From positions 3,122 through 67,121 of the forward strand of contig JBDSDN010000015.1 of NCBI GenBank assembly GCA_039920545.1: DNA of 64,000 bases, written 5' to 3'. A model generated the notes under the pieces. It had not been told where the DNA came from. It worked only from the letters and a program-made list of their open reading frames with translations, and ran no database searches. The position numbers and the translations under genes are program-made. Positions 43,115-51,525 of this stretch are shown here, piece by piece; the first letter of the stretch is position 1; each line of letters begins with the position of its first letter. The stretch is from Ferruginibacter sp. (GTDB lineage Bacteria > Bacteroidota > Bacteroidia > Chitinophagales > Chitinophagaceae).

Positions 43115-43687
43115 CTTTTGGTTATAATAATGATTACTAGCTATTTCTTCTTTTACAGAATCCGGAACTAAATACCTTATGGATTTTCCTTTCCTTATCA
43201 ACTCACGGATATGTGTAGACGAAATTTCAAGCAGCGGTGCTTCCACGATGATTATATTGGCATTATGTTTATTTACAACATCAAACCCTGGCCTTTTATA
43301 AATATAAATTCTGTAATTAGTAACCAGGGATTGAAAGTTTTTCCACTTTTCTAAATTTTGAAAACTATCGCTCCCCATGATGACGGAAAATATATGTTGG
43401 GGGTATTTCTCTTTTAAATAAGTCAGGGTATCAATAGTGTAAGAAGGTCGGGGAAGTTTAAACTCTACATTACTTGCTTTTAAATTTAATTCTCCCTCTA
43501 TCGCAGTTTTTATTAATTGAAGGCGGTGGTTTTCATTAAGCATACGGGTCCTTATTTTCAAAGGATTCTGGGGAGAAACAACAAACCATAATTGATGTAA
43601 ATTACTATTAGAAATTATTTGGGAAGCGATGATAAGGTGACCGTGGTGCACTGGGTTAAATGAACCAAAGTATAATCCGATATTCAT
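43094..43687 (-). CDS. nadD: Nicotinate-nucleotide adenylyltransferase
   Basis: [25 protein letters not shown] and ISSTHIR motifs. Start moved to MNIGLY at 43687. Confidence 0.95.
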   Translation of the reverse strand: MNIGLYFGSFNPVHHGHLIIASQIISNSNLHQLWFVVSPQNPLKIRTRMLNENHRLQLIKTAIEGELNLKASNVEFKLPRPSYTIDTLTYLKEKYPQHIFSVIMGSDSFQNLEKWKNFQSLVTNYRIYIYKRPGFDVVNKHNANIIIVEAPLLEISSTHIRELIRKGKSIRYLVPDSVKEEIASNHYYNQKLENPTE

Positions 43688-43703
43688 ATTAAATTTATTA
43701 TAA

Positions 43704-43934
43704 CTATATAAATTCCTCAACCAAAATATTTTCAGCTTCATCTAACCTAAGACTAAGCCTATAACCTGCCACAGTAATGGAGATAGGGTCTTTGAAAGGT
43801 GCAATCTGTTCTACAGTGATTTTTTCCCCAGGAACACAGCCCATTTCCATTAATTTTAAAAAAATTTCATCATTTTCAAATGCTTTGATAATTACTTGCT
43901 TTCCAACTTTTATTTCTGATAATTTTTTAAACAT
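43704..43934 (-). CDS. feoA: FeoA family protein
   Basis: KLMEMG..PG, APFKDPI and LSLR..EA motifs; 76 aa. Confidence 0.88.
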   Translation of the reverse strand: MFKKLSEIKVGKQVIIKAFENDEIFLKLMEMGCVPGEKITVEQIAPFKDPISITVAGYRLSLRLDEAENILVEEFI

Positions 43935-44006
43935 AGTTTATTTCGACTTTATTAAATGTAAAATTAGTTTATTGCAATTGTCTATAATTTAGAATTAAAC
44001 CCAAAC

Positions 44007-44438
44007 ATGCAAATAAGTTTTCACTTTCTGAAACCAGCTACAATCAGGCAAAAAATCAAATTAAAAGAATTTATATTATTAATATTTAAGACAGAAAGGA
44101 AAGCTTTCATAAGTTTGAATGTTATCTTTTGCTCAGATGAATACCTTTTGCAGATAAACCAAAAGTTTTTACAACACAATTACTTTACAGATATTATCAC
44201 ATTCAATTTAGCTGAGAAAGGCTCTACAAAAATTGAAGGAGAAATTTACATCAGTATAGATAGAATAAGGGATAATTATAAAAGGTATAAAACAACTTTT
44301 CAATACGAGTTACAAAGAGTTATTTTTCATGGAATATTGCATTTATGTGGGTATAGCGACGATACAATTTTTAAAAAAGCAAAAATGACCCTTAAAGAAA
44401 ACTTCTATTTGGAAAGATACAAGCAATTTATTAAATGA
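44007..44438 (+). CDS. ybeY: rRNA maturation endoribonuclease YbeY
   Basis: N..FL.H...TDIITF, GEIYIS and HGILHLCGY.D motifs. Confidence 0.93.
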   Translation: MQISFHFLKPATIRQKIKLKEFILLIFKTERKAFISLNVIFCSDEYLLQINQKFLQHNYFTDIITFNLAEKGSTKIEGEIYISIDRIRDNYKRYKTTFQYELQRVIFHGILHLCGYSDDTIFKKAKMTLKENFYLERYKQFIK

Positions 44439-44442
44439 ATAA

Positions 44443-44528
44443 AGTTCCATGACGAACAGTTCCCCGTTGAAACATTATTATATTCGGTAAATAATGTGTT
44501 TCACGGTTGACAGTTTCAGGTAGAAACA
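44443..44528. repeat. Cluster of four degenerate parS-like palindromes in two overlapping pairs
   Basis: AGTTCCATGACGAACA (44443-58), AGTTCCCCGTTGAAACA (44458-74), TGTTTCACGGTTGACA (44497-512) and AGTTTCAGGTAGAAACA (44512-28), compared with consensus TGTTNCACGTGNAACA. Confidence 0.55.
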
Positions 44529-44543
44529 TTTAGCCTCATTATT

Positions 44544-45161
44544 ATGAATAAGCGAAAAAAATGGACACCTCAGGAAGAAATAACCGAATCCGTATTAAAA
44601 TCGAGGGAAAAACGAAAATGGCAATTGGCTTTAAGAAGGTATATTTTGGAAAGCACACCGAGTCAGTTTTATGCACCATTTTTCGGGCTTCCAATAGAAG
44701 ATTTTCGTAAATGGATTGAATTACAATTTAATGAGGATATTAATTGGGCGAATTTTGGTAGTGCCTGGCAATTTGATCATATTGTTCCTATCGCACATTT
44801 TGATTTTTCAGTAGAGGAAGACTTACGATTATGTTGGAATTTTATAAATATCCAGGTAGAATATTTGAATTTAAATAAAACCAAGCAGGTGAATAAAGAT
44901 ATTTCAGCTGCCAAATCGTATTTTTTAGAACTTTATAATAAAACCGGATTACAAAACTGCCTTAAAATGGCAGAAAAAATTAATCTTCTCCAAAAACCCG
45001 TAATACAAATAGAGCCAGCCTTAGAACATTTTCTCTTAAACCGGAGAGATGAAATTGAAAGTCTTAAATCCTTGACTAATGAGGAATTTAATAGTATAAA
45101 CCAAGGTATTTCCTTAAAAAATATTCTGCTGGAAAAGTCAATTTTAAAAAAATTCGGCTAA
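44544..45161 (+). CDS. Hypothetical protein with viral-type HNH (beta-beta-alpha-Me) endonuclease-like motif
   Basis: Clean 205-aa ORF containing QF....NWANFG..WQFDHIVP...FD........CWNFINIQVEYLNLNKTK. The CDS is confident; the HNH call rests on motif recall. Confidence 0.65.
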   Translation: MNKRKKWTPQEEITESVLKSREKRKWQLALRRYILESTPSQFYAPFFGLPIEDFRKWIELQFNEDINWANFGSAWQFDHIVPIAHFDFSVEEDLRLCWNFINIQVEYLNLNKTKQVNKDISAAKSYFLELYNKTGLQNCLKMAEKINLLQKPVIQIEPALEHFLLNRRDEIESLKSLTNEEFNSINQGISLKNILLEKSILKKFG

Positions 45162-45204
45162 AATTTTAACCCCCTGCATTATAAACACTAAGTAACTTTG
45201 CGCC

Positions 45205-47073
45205 ATGTTTCAGAAATATGATGTAATTGTAGTTGGGGCCGGCCATGCGGGATGTGAAGCTGCAGCTGCGGCTGCAAATATGGGCAGTTCAGTATTATTG
45301 ATTACTATGAACATGCAAACAATTGCCCAAATGAGCTGTAACCCTGCAATGGGTGGAATTGCAAAGGGGCAAATTGTAAGGGAAATAGATGCAATGGGAG
45401 GTTATAGCGGGATTGTCAGTGATAAAAGCATGATTCAATTCCGAATGCTCAATAAATCTAAAGGGCCGGCTATGTGGAGCCCAAGGGTGCAAAGTGACAG
45501 GATGCTTTTTTCAACTACTTGGAGGGAAATGCTGGAAGCTACTCTCAATATAGATTTTTACCAGGACATGGTAAACAACCTAATCATAGAAGAATCTAAA
45601 GTAACAGGGATTATCACCGGACTTGGGCATCGGATCCTGGCAAAAGCTGTAATATTAACCAACGGGACTTTCTTAAACGGGGTAATCCATATAGGAGAGA
45701 AGAATTTTGGAGGGGGCAGGGTATCTGAAAAGGCAGTTACCGGTATTACCGAGCAATTGGTTTCGCTGGGGCTTCAAAGTGACAGGCTTAAAACCGGAAC
45801 CCCCCCACGGGTTGATGGAAGAAGCCTGGATTACCATAAAATGGTAGAACAGAAAGGGGATAAAGAAATTGTCGGTTTTAGCTATTTGGAATCGCCTGCC
45901 CTAAAAACGGAAGATCAAAAAAGCTGTTGGATCACGTATACTACATCCGAAGTTCACGAGGTACTAAAGTCAGGTTTTGACTCCAGCCCCATGTTTCAGG
46001 GGCGAATAGAAGGTATCGGGCCAAGGTATTGCCCCAGTATAGAAGATAAAATAAACAGGTTTGCAGAAAGAGAGCGCCACCAACTATTTGTAGAGCCCGA
46101 GGGCTGGAATACAGTAGAAATATATGTTAACGGCTTTTCAACCTCTTTGGCTGAAGAGGTGCAATTAGAAGCCTTGCGTAAAGTGCCTGGTTTTGAAAAA
46201 TGTAAAATGTTTCGCCCGGGGTATGCTATTGAATACGATTTTTTCCCGCCTACTCAACTTAAGACAAGCCTGGAAACTAAACTGATTAAAAACCTCTTTT
46301 TTGCCGGGCAGATTAACGGCACTACAGGATATGAAGAAGCAGCATGCCAGGGGCTAATGGCCGGGATTAATGCCCATCAATCTGCCATAAAAAAAGAGCC
46401 CTTAGTTTTAAAAAGAAGCGAGGGGTATATAGGTGTTTTAATTGACGACCTGGTGAATAAAGGTACAGACGAGCCGTACCGGATGTTTACCAGCAGGGCA
46501 GAGTTCAGGATTTTATTAAGGCAGGATAATGCAGACCTTCGCCTTACCGAAATAAGCTACAAGCTTGGCCTTGCCAGCCAGGTGAGAATGGATAAAGTAA
46601 TAGCTAAAAAACAGGAAGTAGAAAAAGTGAAAAATATCCTGGACACCACCAGTATACAACCCGCAGAAGCTGAACAGCTTTTGGAAAGCGCATACTCTGC
46701 ACCGTTAGTTTTAAAACAAAAAGCATCGCAATTATTGCTGCGGCCAAATGTAAATTTAAAAGAAATGATAAATGCGGTACCGGCACTAAAAGAAAACCTT
46801 TCGGGGTTTAGCAAAGAAGTGCTGGAGCAGGCCGAAATACAAATTAAATACGATGTATATATCGAGAAAGAAAAAGAATTGGTCGGGAAAATGAGCCAGT
46901 TAGAAAACCTTTCGATCCCCGATAATTTTAATTATGAAAAGCTTATTTCACTTAGCAATGAAGCAAAGCAAAAATTTAAAAAAATTCAACCCAGGACATT
47001 AGGCCAGGCTTCCCGTATATCAGGGGTAAACCCAAGTGATGTCCAGATTTTAATGGTGTATATGGGCAGGTAA
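45205..47073 (+). CDS. mnmG: tRNA uridine-5-carboxymethylaminomethyl(34) synthesis enzyme MnmG (GidA)
   Basis: GAGHAGCEAA, MSCNPAMGG, KTGTPPR, GPRYCPSIEDK, GQINGTTGYEEAA and EPYRMFTSRAE motifs. Confidence 0.99.
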   Translation: MFQKYDVIVVGAGHAGCEAAAAAANMGSSVLLITMNMQTIAQMSCNPAMGGIAKGQIVREIDAMGGYSGIVSDKSMIQFRMLNKSKGPAMWSPRVQSDRMLFSTTWREMLEATLNIDFYQDMVNNLIIEESKVTGIITGLGHRILAKAVILTNGTFLNGVIHIGEKNFGGGRVSEKAVTGITEQLVSLGLQSDRLKTGTPPRVDGRSLDYHKMVEQKGDKEIVGFSYLESPALKTEDQKSCWITYTTSEVHEVLKSGFDSSPMFQGRIEGIGPRYCPSIEDKINRFAERERHQLFVEPEGWNTVEIYVNGFSTSLAEEVQLEALRKVPGFEKCKMFRPGYAIEYDFFPPTQLKTSLETKLIKNLFFAGQINGTTGYEEAACQGLMAGINAHQSAIKKEPLVLKRSEGYIGVLIDDLVNKGTDEPYRMFTSRAEFRILLRQDNADLRLTEISYKLGLASQVRMDKVIAKKQEVEKVKNILDTTSIQPAEAEQLLESAYSAPLVLKQKASQLLLRPNVNLKEMINAVPALKENLSGFSKEVLEQAEIQIKYDVYIEKEKELVGKMSQLENLSIPDNFNYEKLISLSNEAKQKFKKIQPRTLGQASRISGVNPSDVQILMVYMGR

Positions 47074-47253
47074 AAAACATTGCTTTCATACGTGCCCTTT
47101 AATTTTATGAACCAAACGATATTCCAGTTTCAATAAGGATCTTGAGCCAGATATAATTTTGTTTTAAAAACCACCCTTGATCAGGTTTCATTTATTACAT
47201 ACCACCCGGCAGTCCTACATTTAAAATAAAAAATAATACCAGGAAAATTTAAA

Positions 47254-47766
47254 ATGAATATCCCCTCATCTGCCGCATTAAATAAAGAAGAAATAATTTC
47301 AGCAACAGAAAAATATATTTCTTCGTTTGTGCGTATACGTTATACAGATGCTACCCGGCCCTGGGGTGGCTTTTTGGTAATAGATGAAAATGATGCAGAT
47401 AAATTTATAGAATATTTTTTTTCTCATCTTAAAAAAGAAGATTTGATAATTTCCGGAAAACTGAGCCCTAAAATTTTATTGGTGGCGCCAAAGAAAAGGT
47501 TAAGCTGGCAATACCATCACCGGCGGGCAGAAATATGGAAACTGATTAGCGGAGAAGCGGGTGTAATTACCAGCGATACAGACGAAGAAAAAGAAACCAG
47601 GTATTTGAAGGCGAATGATATTGTGGAGCTGAAACAAGGAGAGCGCCACAGGTTGATAGGCCTTAGCAACTGGGGCATTATAGCAGAAATTTGGCAGCAT
47701 ACAAACGCAGATCAACCAAGTGATGAGAATGATATTGTAAGAGTGCAGGATGATTTTGGCAGATAA
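47254..47766 (+). CDS. Cupin protein resembling the type II mannose-6-phosphate isomerase C-terminal domain
   Basis: RPWGGF, LSWQYHHRRAEIW, GERHRL and E.DIVRVQDDFGR motifs. Confidence 0.82.
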   Translation: MNIPSSAALNKEEIISATEKYISSFVRIRYTDATRPWGGFLVIDENDADKFIEYFFSHLKKEDLIISGKLSPKILLVAPKKRLSWQYHHRRAEIWKLISGEAGVITSDTDEEKETRYLKANDIVELKQGERHRLIGLSNWGIIAEIWQHTNADQPSDENDIVRVQDDFGR

Positions 47767-47768
47767 TA

Positions 47769-50273
47769 TTATCCCCTCTGAGTAGCGGCATATTTTTCGG
47801 AAGCTATCATTAACCTTATTTCCCCATAACTATAAGCAGGAAGTAGTTCTTTTATCTTTTGTAGTAATTCGCCACGGTTATTTGTAAACACCTCTAAAAT
47901 ATCTACTTGCTTTTTCTTGTCTAGAAGTTCATCAATATTTAAACTTCCGTTTTCAATATAATGAGCAAGGTGTCCCTCAATAGTTGCAATGGTAAAGCTT
48001 CTTTCATTTGCAATTTCCTGAATGGTTTTCCCTTGTTTAAATAAATCATAACTGAGTAGTTTGGTATCTGGTTTTGCAACAGTTGATTTTAATTTTCTAA
48101 CTTTCTTTTCAGGTAACTCCGATATATGACTTTGTAAATTATTTAGCTTCGCATAATCATTTATGATACTTATGAAATCATTGCCAAACTGTTTTAGTTT
48201 TATTTTTCCAAACCCATTAATCTTGCCGAGTTGGGGTAAAGATGTCGGTAAGTATGTACTCATATCTGCAATGGCCTGGGAGCCACAAACCATAAACACA
48301 GGTAAATCCAACTCTTTACACAAATCATCCCTTTTATCCTTGAGGGCCGCATACAAATCAGGGTGTGTTATATCTTTTGGTACATAGGTAGCCCTGCCGG
48401 CATAAGCATTAATTGTAAATGGTTCTTTTGTGAAATTTGCTTTTTGCTTTTTGTATTCTGCAAGCAAAAAGCCTTGTTTACATGACTTCAATAAAACCAT
48501 TTTAAAACAAACAGTATCAAACAGTACTTGTAATTTAATATTATATTCTTTGGCCAACTGCCGGTTATCTGTAATGGCGGGTGATTGTAGTAATAATCTT
48601 TTTGTACCTCCCAGTTCATCAAAAAACCAAAGGGCTGCTTTACCAAACCTTCCCTGCAAAGCAATATTTTTTTCGGGTAAAACAGCCTCAGCAAAATAAC
48701 TATTTAAAACCTCGATGAATTTGCGGCTGTATTTTGTATAAATATCAAAATGAAGTTTCAATTTTTTTATCCAATCAATCACGGCGTTTCCAAGGCTGTT
48801 CTGCTTTGTATAATTATCAAGGTCAGCAGATAATTCTTCTTCTTTTGTAAAATTAATCATGCCCATCATCATGTCCTGCTGGTAGGTAGCCATAGCAGCT
48901 TCTAACAGGCTTGCCTGTACTTCGCTGCTTTGTTGGGTTTTTGCAAACGACACAATACGCTCATCACTATGCAGGCTATTATACGAGATTTTACTTTTTA
49001 ATATAATCCCCTGCAGGCTTATGCAGCGGCTCAAGGCAACATACACCTGGCCTGCCGCAAATGCACCACCTGCGTCAATAATTGCTTTTTCAAAAGTAAG
49101 GCCCTGGCTTTTGTGAATTGTAATAGCCCAGGCAAGCCTTAGGGGGTAGTGGGTAAATGAGCCTAATTCTTCTTCATCTATCTGGTTGGTATTCTTATTA
49201 ACGGTGTATTTTATGTTGCGCCAGGTTTCTTTTTTTACCTCAATGGTTTGGGGCCCATCAACAGTTTTACAAGTAACTAATATTTTATTATCTTCAATTT
49301 TTTCAATAGTACCTATTTTGCCATTGAAATACCGGCGTATTTTTTCTGTATCGTTTTTTATAAACATTACCTGGGCACCAATTTTTAATTGCAATAGTTC
49401 ATCTGCCGGAAAAGATTTTTCATAAAACTCCCCAACTATAACGGCTTTAAATAAAAAATTCTTTCCGTCTAAAGACGTCAAGGCATCATTATTTATGCTG
49501 TCTGCTTTATTATTGTGGGTCGTGAGCGTAATTACATTATCTTCTTTTTTGGTAATAGCATTTGGTAAAAAGCGGCTATGCAAAAAAGCATAACCGGCGT
49601 CATCCATTTCATTATTACGTACCTGGTTCAGCAGGTTTATAAAGTCAGAATCTGTTTGCCGGTACACTTTTTTCAGCTCAATATAAACAGGCGGCTCTGC
49701 AACAGTAGCCTGGCTGCTGAAAAAATATTGATTGGCATAATAATCCTTTAAAATCTGCCACTCCTCATCTTTTACAACCGGGGGTAATTGATACATATCT
49801 CCGATATACAAAACCTGTACCCCGCCAAATGGTTTGTGATGCTGGCTGCGTACATGCCGCAGTACGGCATCTATGGCATCCAGTATATCGCAGCGAACCA
49901 TGCTTATTTCATCAACAATTAATAATTCCAATTGCTGCATTACTTCTTTTCTTTCATTCGTAAGGCGTAGTTTACTTATCAGGTTTTTCTTGTCGCTAAC
50001 CTCCGTATTCCCCCATTGTGCCTTACTAACGGGAATGTATGGCCCAAAAGGCAATTGAAAAAAAGAATGAATGGTTGTGCCACCGGCATTGATAGCAGCC
50101 ACCCCTGTAGGCGCTACGACTGCGGTGTTTTTTGCCGTGTTTTCTTTTATATATTTTAAAAAAGTGGTTTTTCCTGTACCGGCTTTACCGGTTAAAAAAA
50201 CGGGATGGTTAGTATTGTTTATAAAATCGGCGGCGGTTTTAAATACAATATTTTCATCATCAGGAGTGTACAT
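47769..50273 (-). CDS. PIF1-like SF1B helicase with HRDC and C-terminal helix-turn-helix domains
   Basis: TGKAGTGKTT, APTGVAA, DEISMV, GD.YQLPPV and AWAITIHKSQGLTF motifs; HRDC-like (GFGKIKLKQFG); HTH (IQEIANERSFTIATIEGHL). Confidence 0.9.
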   Translation of the reverse strand: MYTPDDENIVFKTAADFINNTNHPVFLTGKAGTGKTTFLKYIKENTAKNTAVVAPTGVAAINAGGTTIHSFFQLPFGPYIPVSKAQWGNTEVSDKKNLISKLRLTNERKEVMQQLELLIVDEISMVRCDILDAIDAVLRHVRSQHHKPFGGVQVLYIGDMYQLPPVVKDEEWQILKDYYANQYFFSSQATVAEPPVYIELKKVYRQTDSDFINLLNQVRNNEMDDAGYAFLHSRFLPNAITKKEDNVITLTTHNNKADSINNDALTSLDGKNFLFKAVIVGEFYEKSFPADELLQLKIGAQVMFIKNDTEKIRRYFNGKIGTIEKIEDNKILVTCKTVDGPQTIEVKKETWRNIKYTVNKNTNQIDEEELGSFTHYPLRLAWAITIHKSQGLTFEKAIIDAGGAFAAGQVYVALSRCISLQGIILKSKISYNSLHSDERIVSFAKTQQSSEVQASLLEAAMATYQQDMMMGMINFTKEEELSADLDNYTKQNSLGNAVIDWIKKLKLHFDIYTKYSRKFIEVLNSYFAEAVLPEKNIALQGRFGKAALWFFDELGGTKRLLLQSPAITDNRQLAKEYNIKLQVLFDTVCFKMVLLKSCKQGFLLAEYKKQKANFTKEPFTINAYAGRATYVPKDITHPDLYAALKDKRDDLCKELDLPVFMVCGSQAIADMSTYLPTSLPQLGKINGFGKIKLKQFGNDFISIINDYAKLNNLQSHISELPEKKVRKLKSTVAKPDTKLLSYDLFKQGKTIQEIANERSFTIATIEGHLAHYIENGSLNIDELLDKKKQVDILEVFTNNRGELLQKIKELLPAYSYGEIRLMIASEKYAATQRG

Positions 50274-50480
50274 GTTGCAAAATTAAAGATTAAGAACGTT
50301 ACTCAAATACGAAACGAAGATGGCGCAGATATTTATGATTTAAAAAGATAGATGAAGATTACAGTAACAAGAATATATAGTTCTATTAGCGAATAGAATA
50401 TATAGTAGAGCTGCCTTGAGAAACTCAGGCTGAAAACTTTGTATTATTTTTCAAGAAGAAAGAACATTCTTGAAAAATAA

Positions 50481-50528
50481 AGAATGCAGGCTGTATAATT
50501 ATAAATTAAACATCATTACCTGCATTCT
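50481..50528 (-). terminator. Possible terminator downstream of ssb
   Basis: AGAATGCAGG / CCTGCATTCT 10-bp inverted repeat with an unusually long loop; adjacent A-rich tract. Confidence 0.4.
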
Positions 50529-50542
50529 GTTTTATAAAATGG

Positions 50543-50884
50543 TTAAGCGGTTGCTTTGCCCAGCATCAATAATTCATTTACCTGTATTTCAGTAATGTAT
50601 TTTTTGTTGCCTTCTTTATCGGTGTAATTCCTGTTTACCAGTTTTCCTTCAATGGCTACCTCTGTGCCTTTTATTAAAAACTTTTCTGCAATGTCTGCTA
50701 TTTTCCCCCAGGCAATTAAATTGTGCCATTGGGTTTCAGTAACTTTTTCTCCTTTTGCATTACGGTAGCTTTCATTGGTAGCTACTGAAAAACGAACCAG
50801 TTTTTTACCGCTTTCTGTATTGCGTACTTCCGGAGCGTTACCTAAATTTCCAATCAGTTGAACTTTGTTTTTTAATGCGTACAT
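50543..50884 (-). CDS. ssb: Short single-stranded DNA-binding protein lacking the acidic C-terminal tail
   Basis: NKVQLIGNLG..PE, FSVATNE, T.WHN...WGK.A and V.IEGKL motifs; 113 aa from the ATG at 50884. Confidence 0.92.
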   Translation of the reverse strand: MYALKNKVQLIGNLGNAPEVRNTESGKKLVRFSVATNESYRNAKGEKVTETQWHNLIAWGKIADIAEKFLIKGTEVAIEGKLVNRNYTDKEGNKKYITEIQVNELLMLGKATA

Positions 50885-51087
50885 GGTCGTAAATTTTAAT
50901 TGTTTATAAATTTTTATTTCATCCGACTTGGTAACGACGTCTTTACCGTATCGACAATGCAAAGATGGTATTGCCGGGAAATCGTACTCGTATTTTAAGC
51001 GTTTATAGTTGTATATACCCGTTTGTAAACGCTTGTACTTGTAAATAATTAATAGTATCTTTTGGCGTAAAATCAATACCAACCTTC

Positions 51088-51462
51088 ATGACATCCCCAA
51101 TAAGCCTTACCCTTTGCCTGGCCTGTAATAAACCGGTAAAAGGCCGTACCGATAAAAAATTTTGTGACGATTACTGCCGCAACAATTATAACAACCAACT
51201 AAAATCAGATACTACTAACCTGGTGAGGAACATTAATAATGCTTTGGGTAAAAACCGGCGCATATTAGAAAGCCTGTTGCCTGGCGGGGAAGAAACCTTT
51301 AAAACCACCAAAGAAAAATTATTGCATAAGGGCTTTCAGTTTAAATTTATTACCCATATCTACACTAATAAAAAAGGGGATGTATATTTTTTTTGCTACG
51401 ATTACGGCTACCTGCCCATTGGCAATGATTGGTATTTACTGGTGAGAAGGAAAGAGGAATAA
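51088..51462 (+). CDS. Cys4 zinc-finger protein (DUF2116-like), possible DNA-binding regulator
   Basis: CLAC....GRTDKKFCDDYCRNNYNN, L.KNRRIL, GF.F...T and FCYDYGY motifs. Confidence 0.75.
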   Translation: MTSPISLTLCLACNKPVKGRTDKKFCDDYCRNNYNNQLKSDTTNLVRNINNALGKNRRILESLLPGGEETFKTTKEKLLHKGFQFKFITHIYTNKKGDVYFFCYDYGYLPIGNDWYLLVRRKEE

Positions 51463-51525
51463 ATAATTTATTTTTAGGCCTTTCTTTTTAAATATTGGAA
51501 GTGATAATTTTAAGAGCTCACCCTT

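Noticed and set aside
47074-47253. Faint parS-like half-sites downstream of mnmG
   Set aside because: Too degenerate to separate from background.
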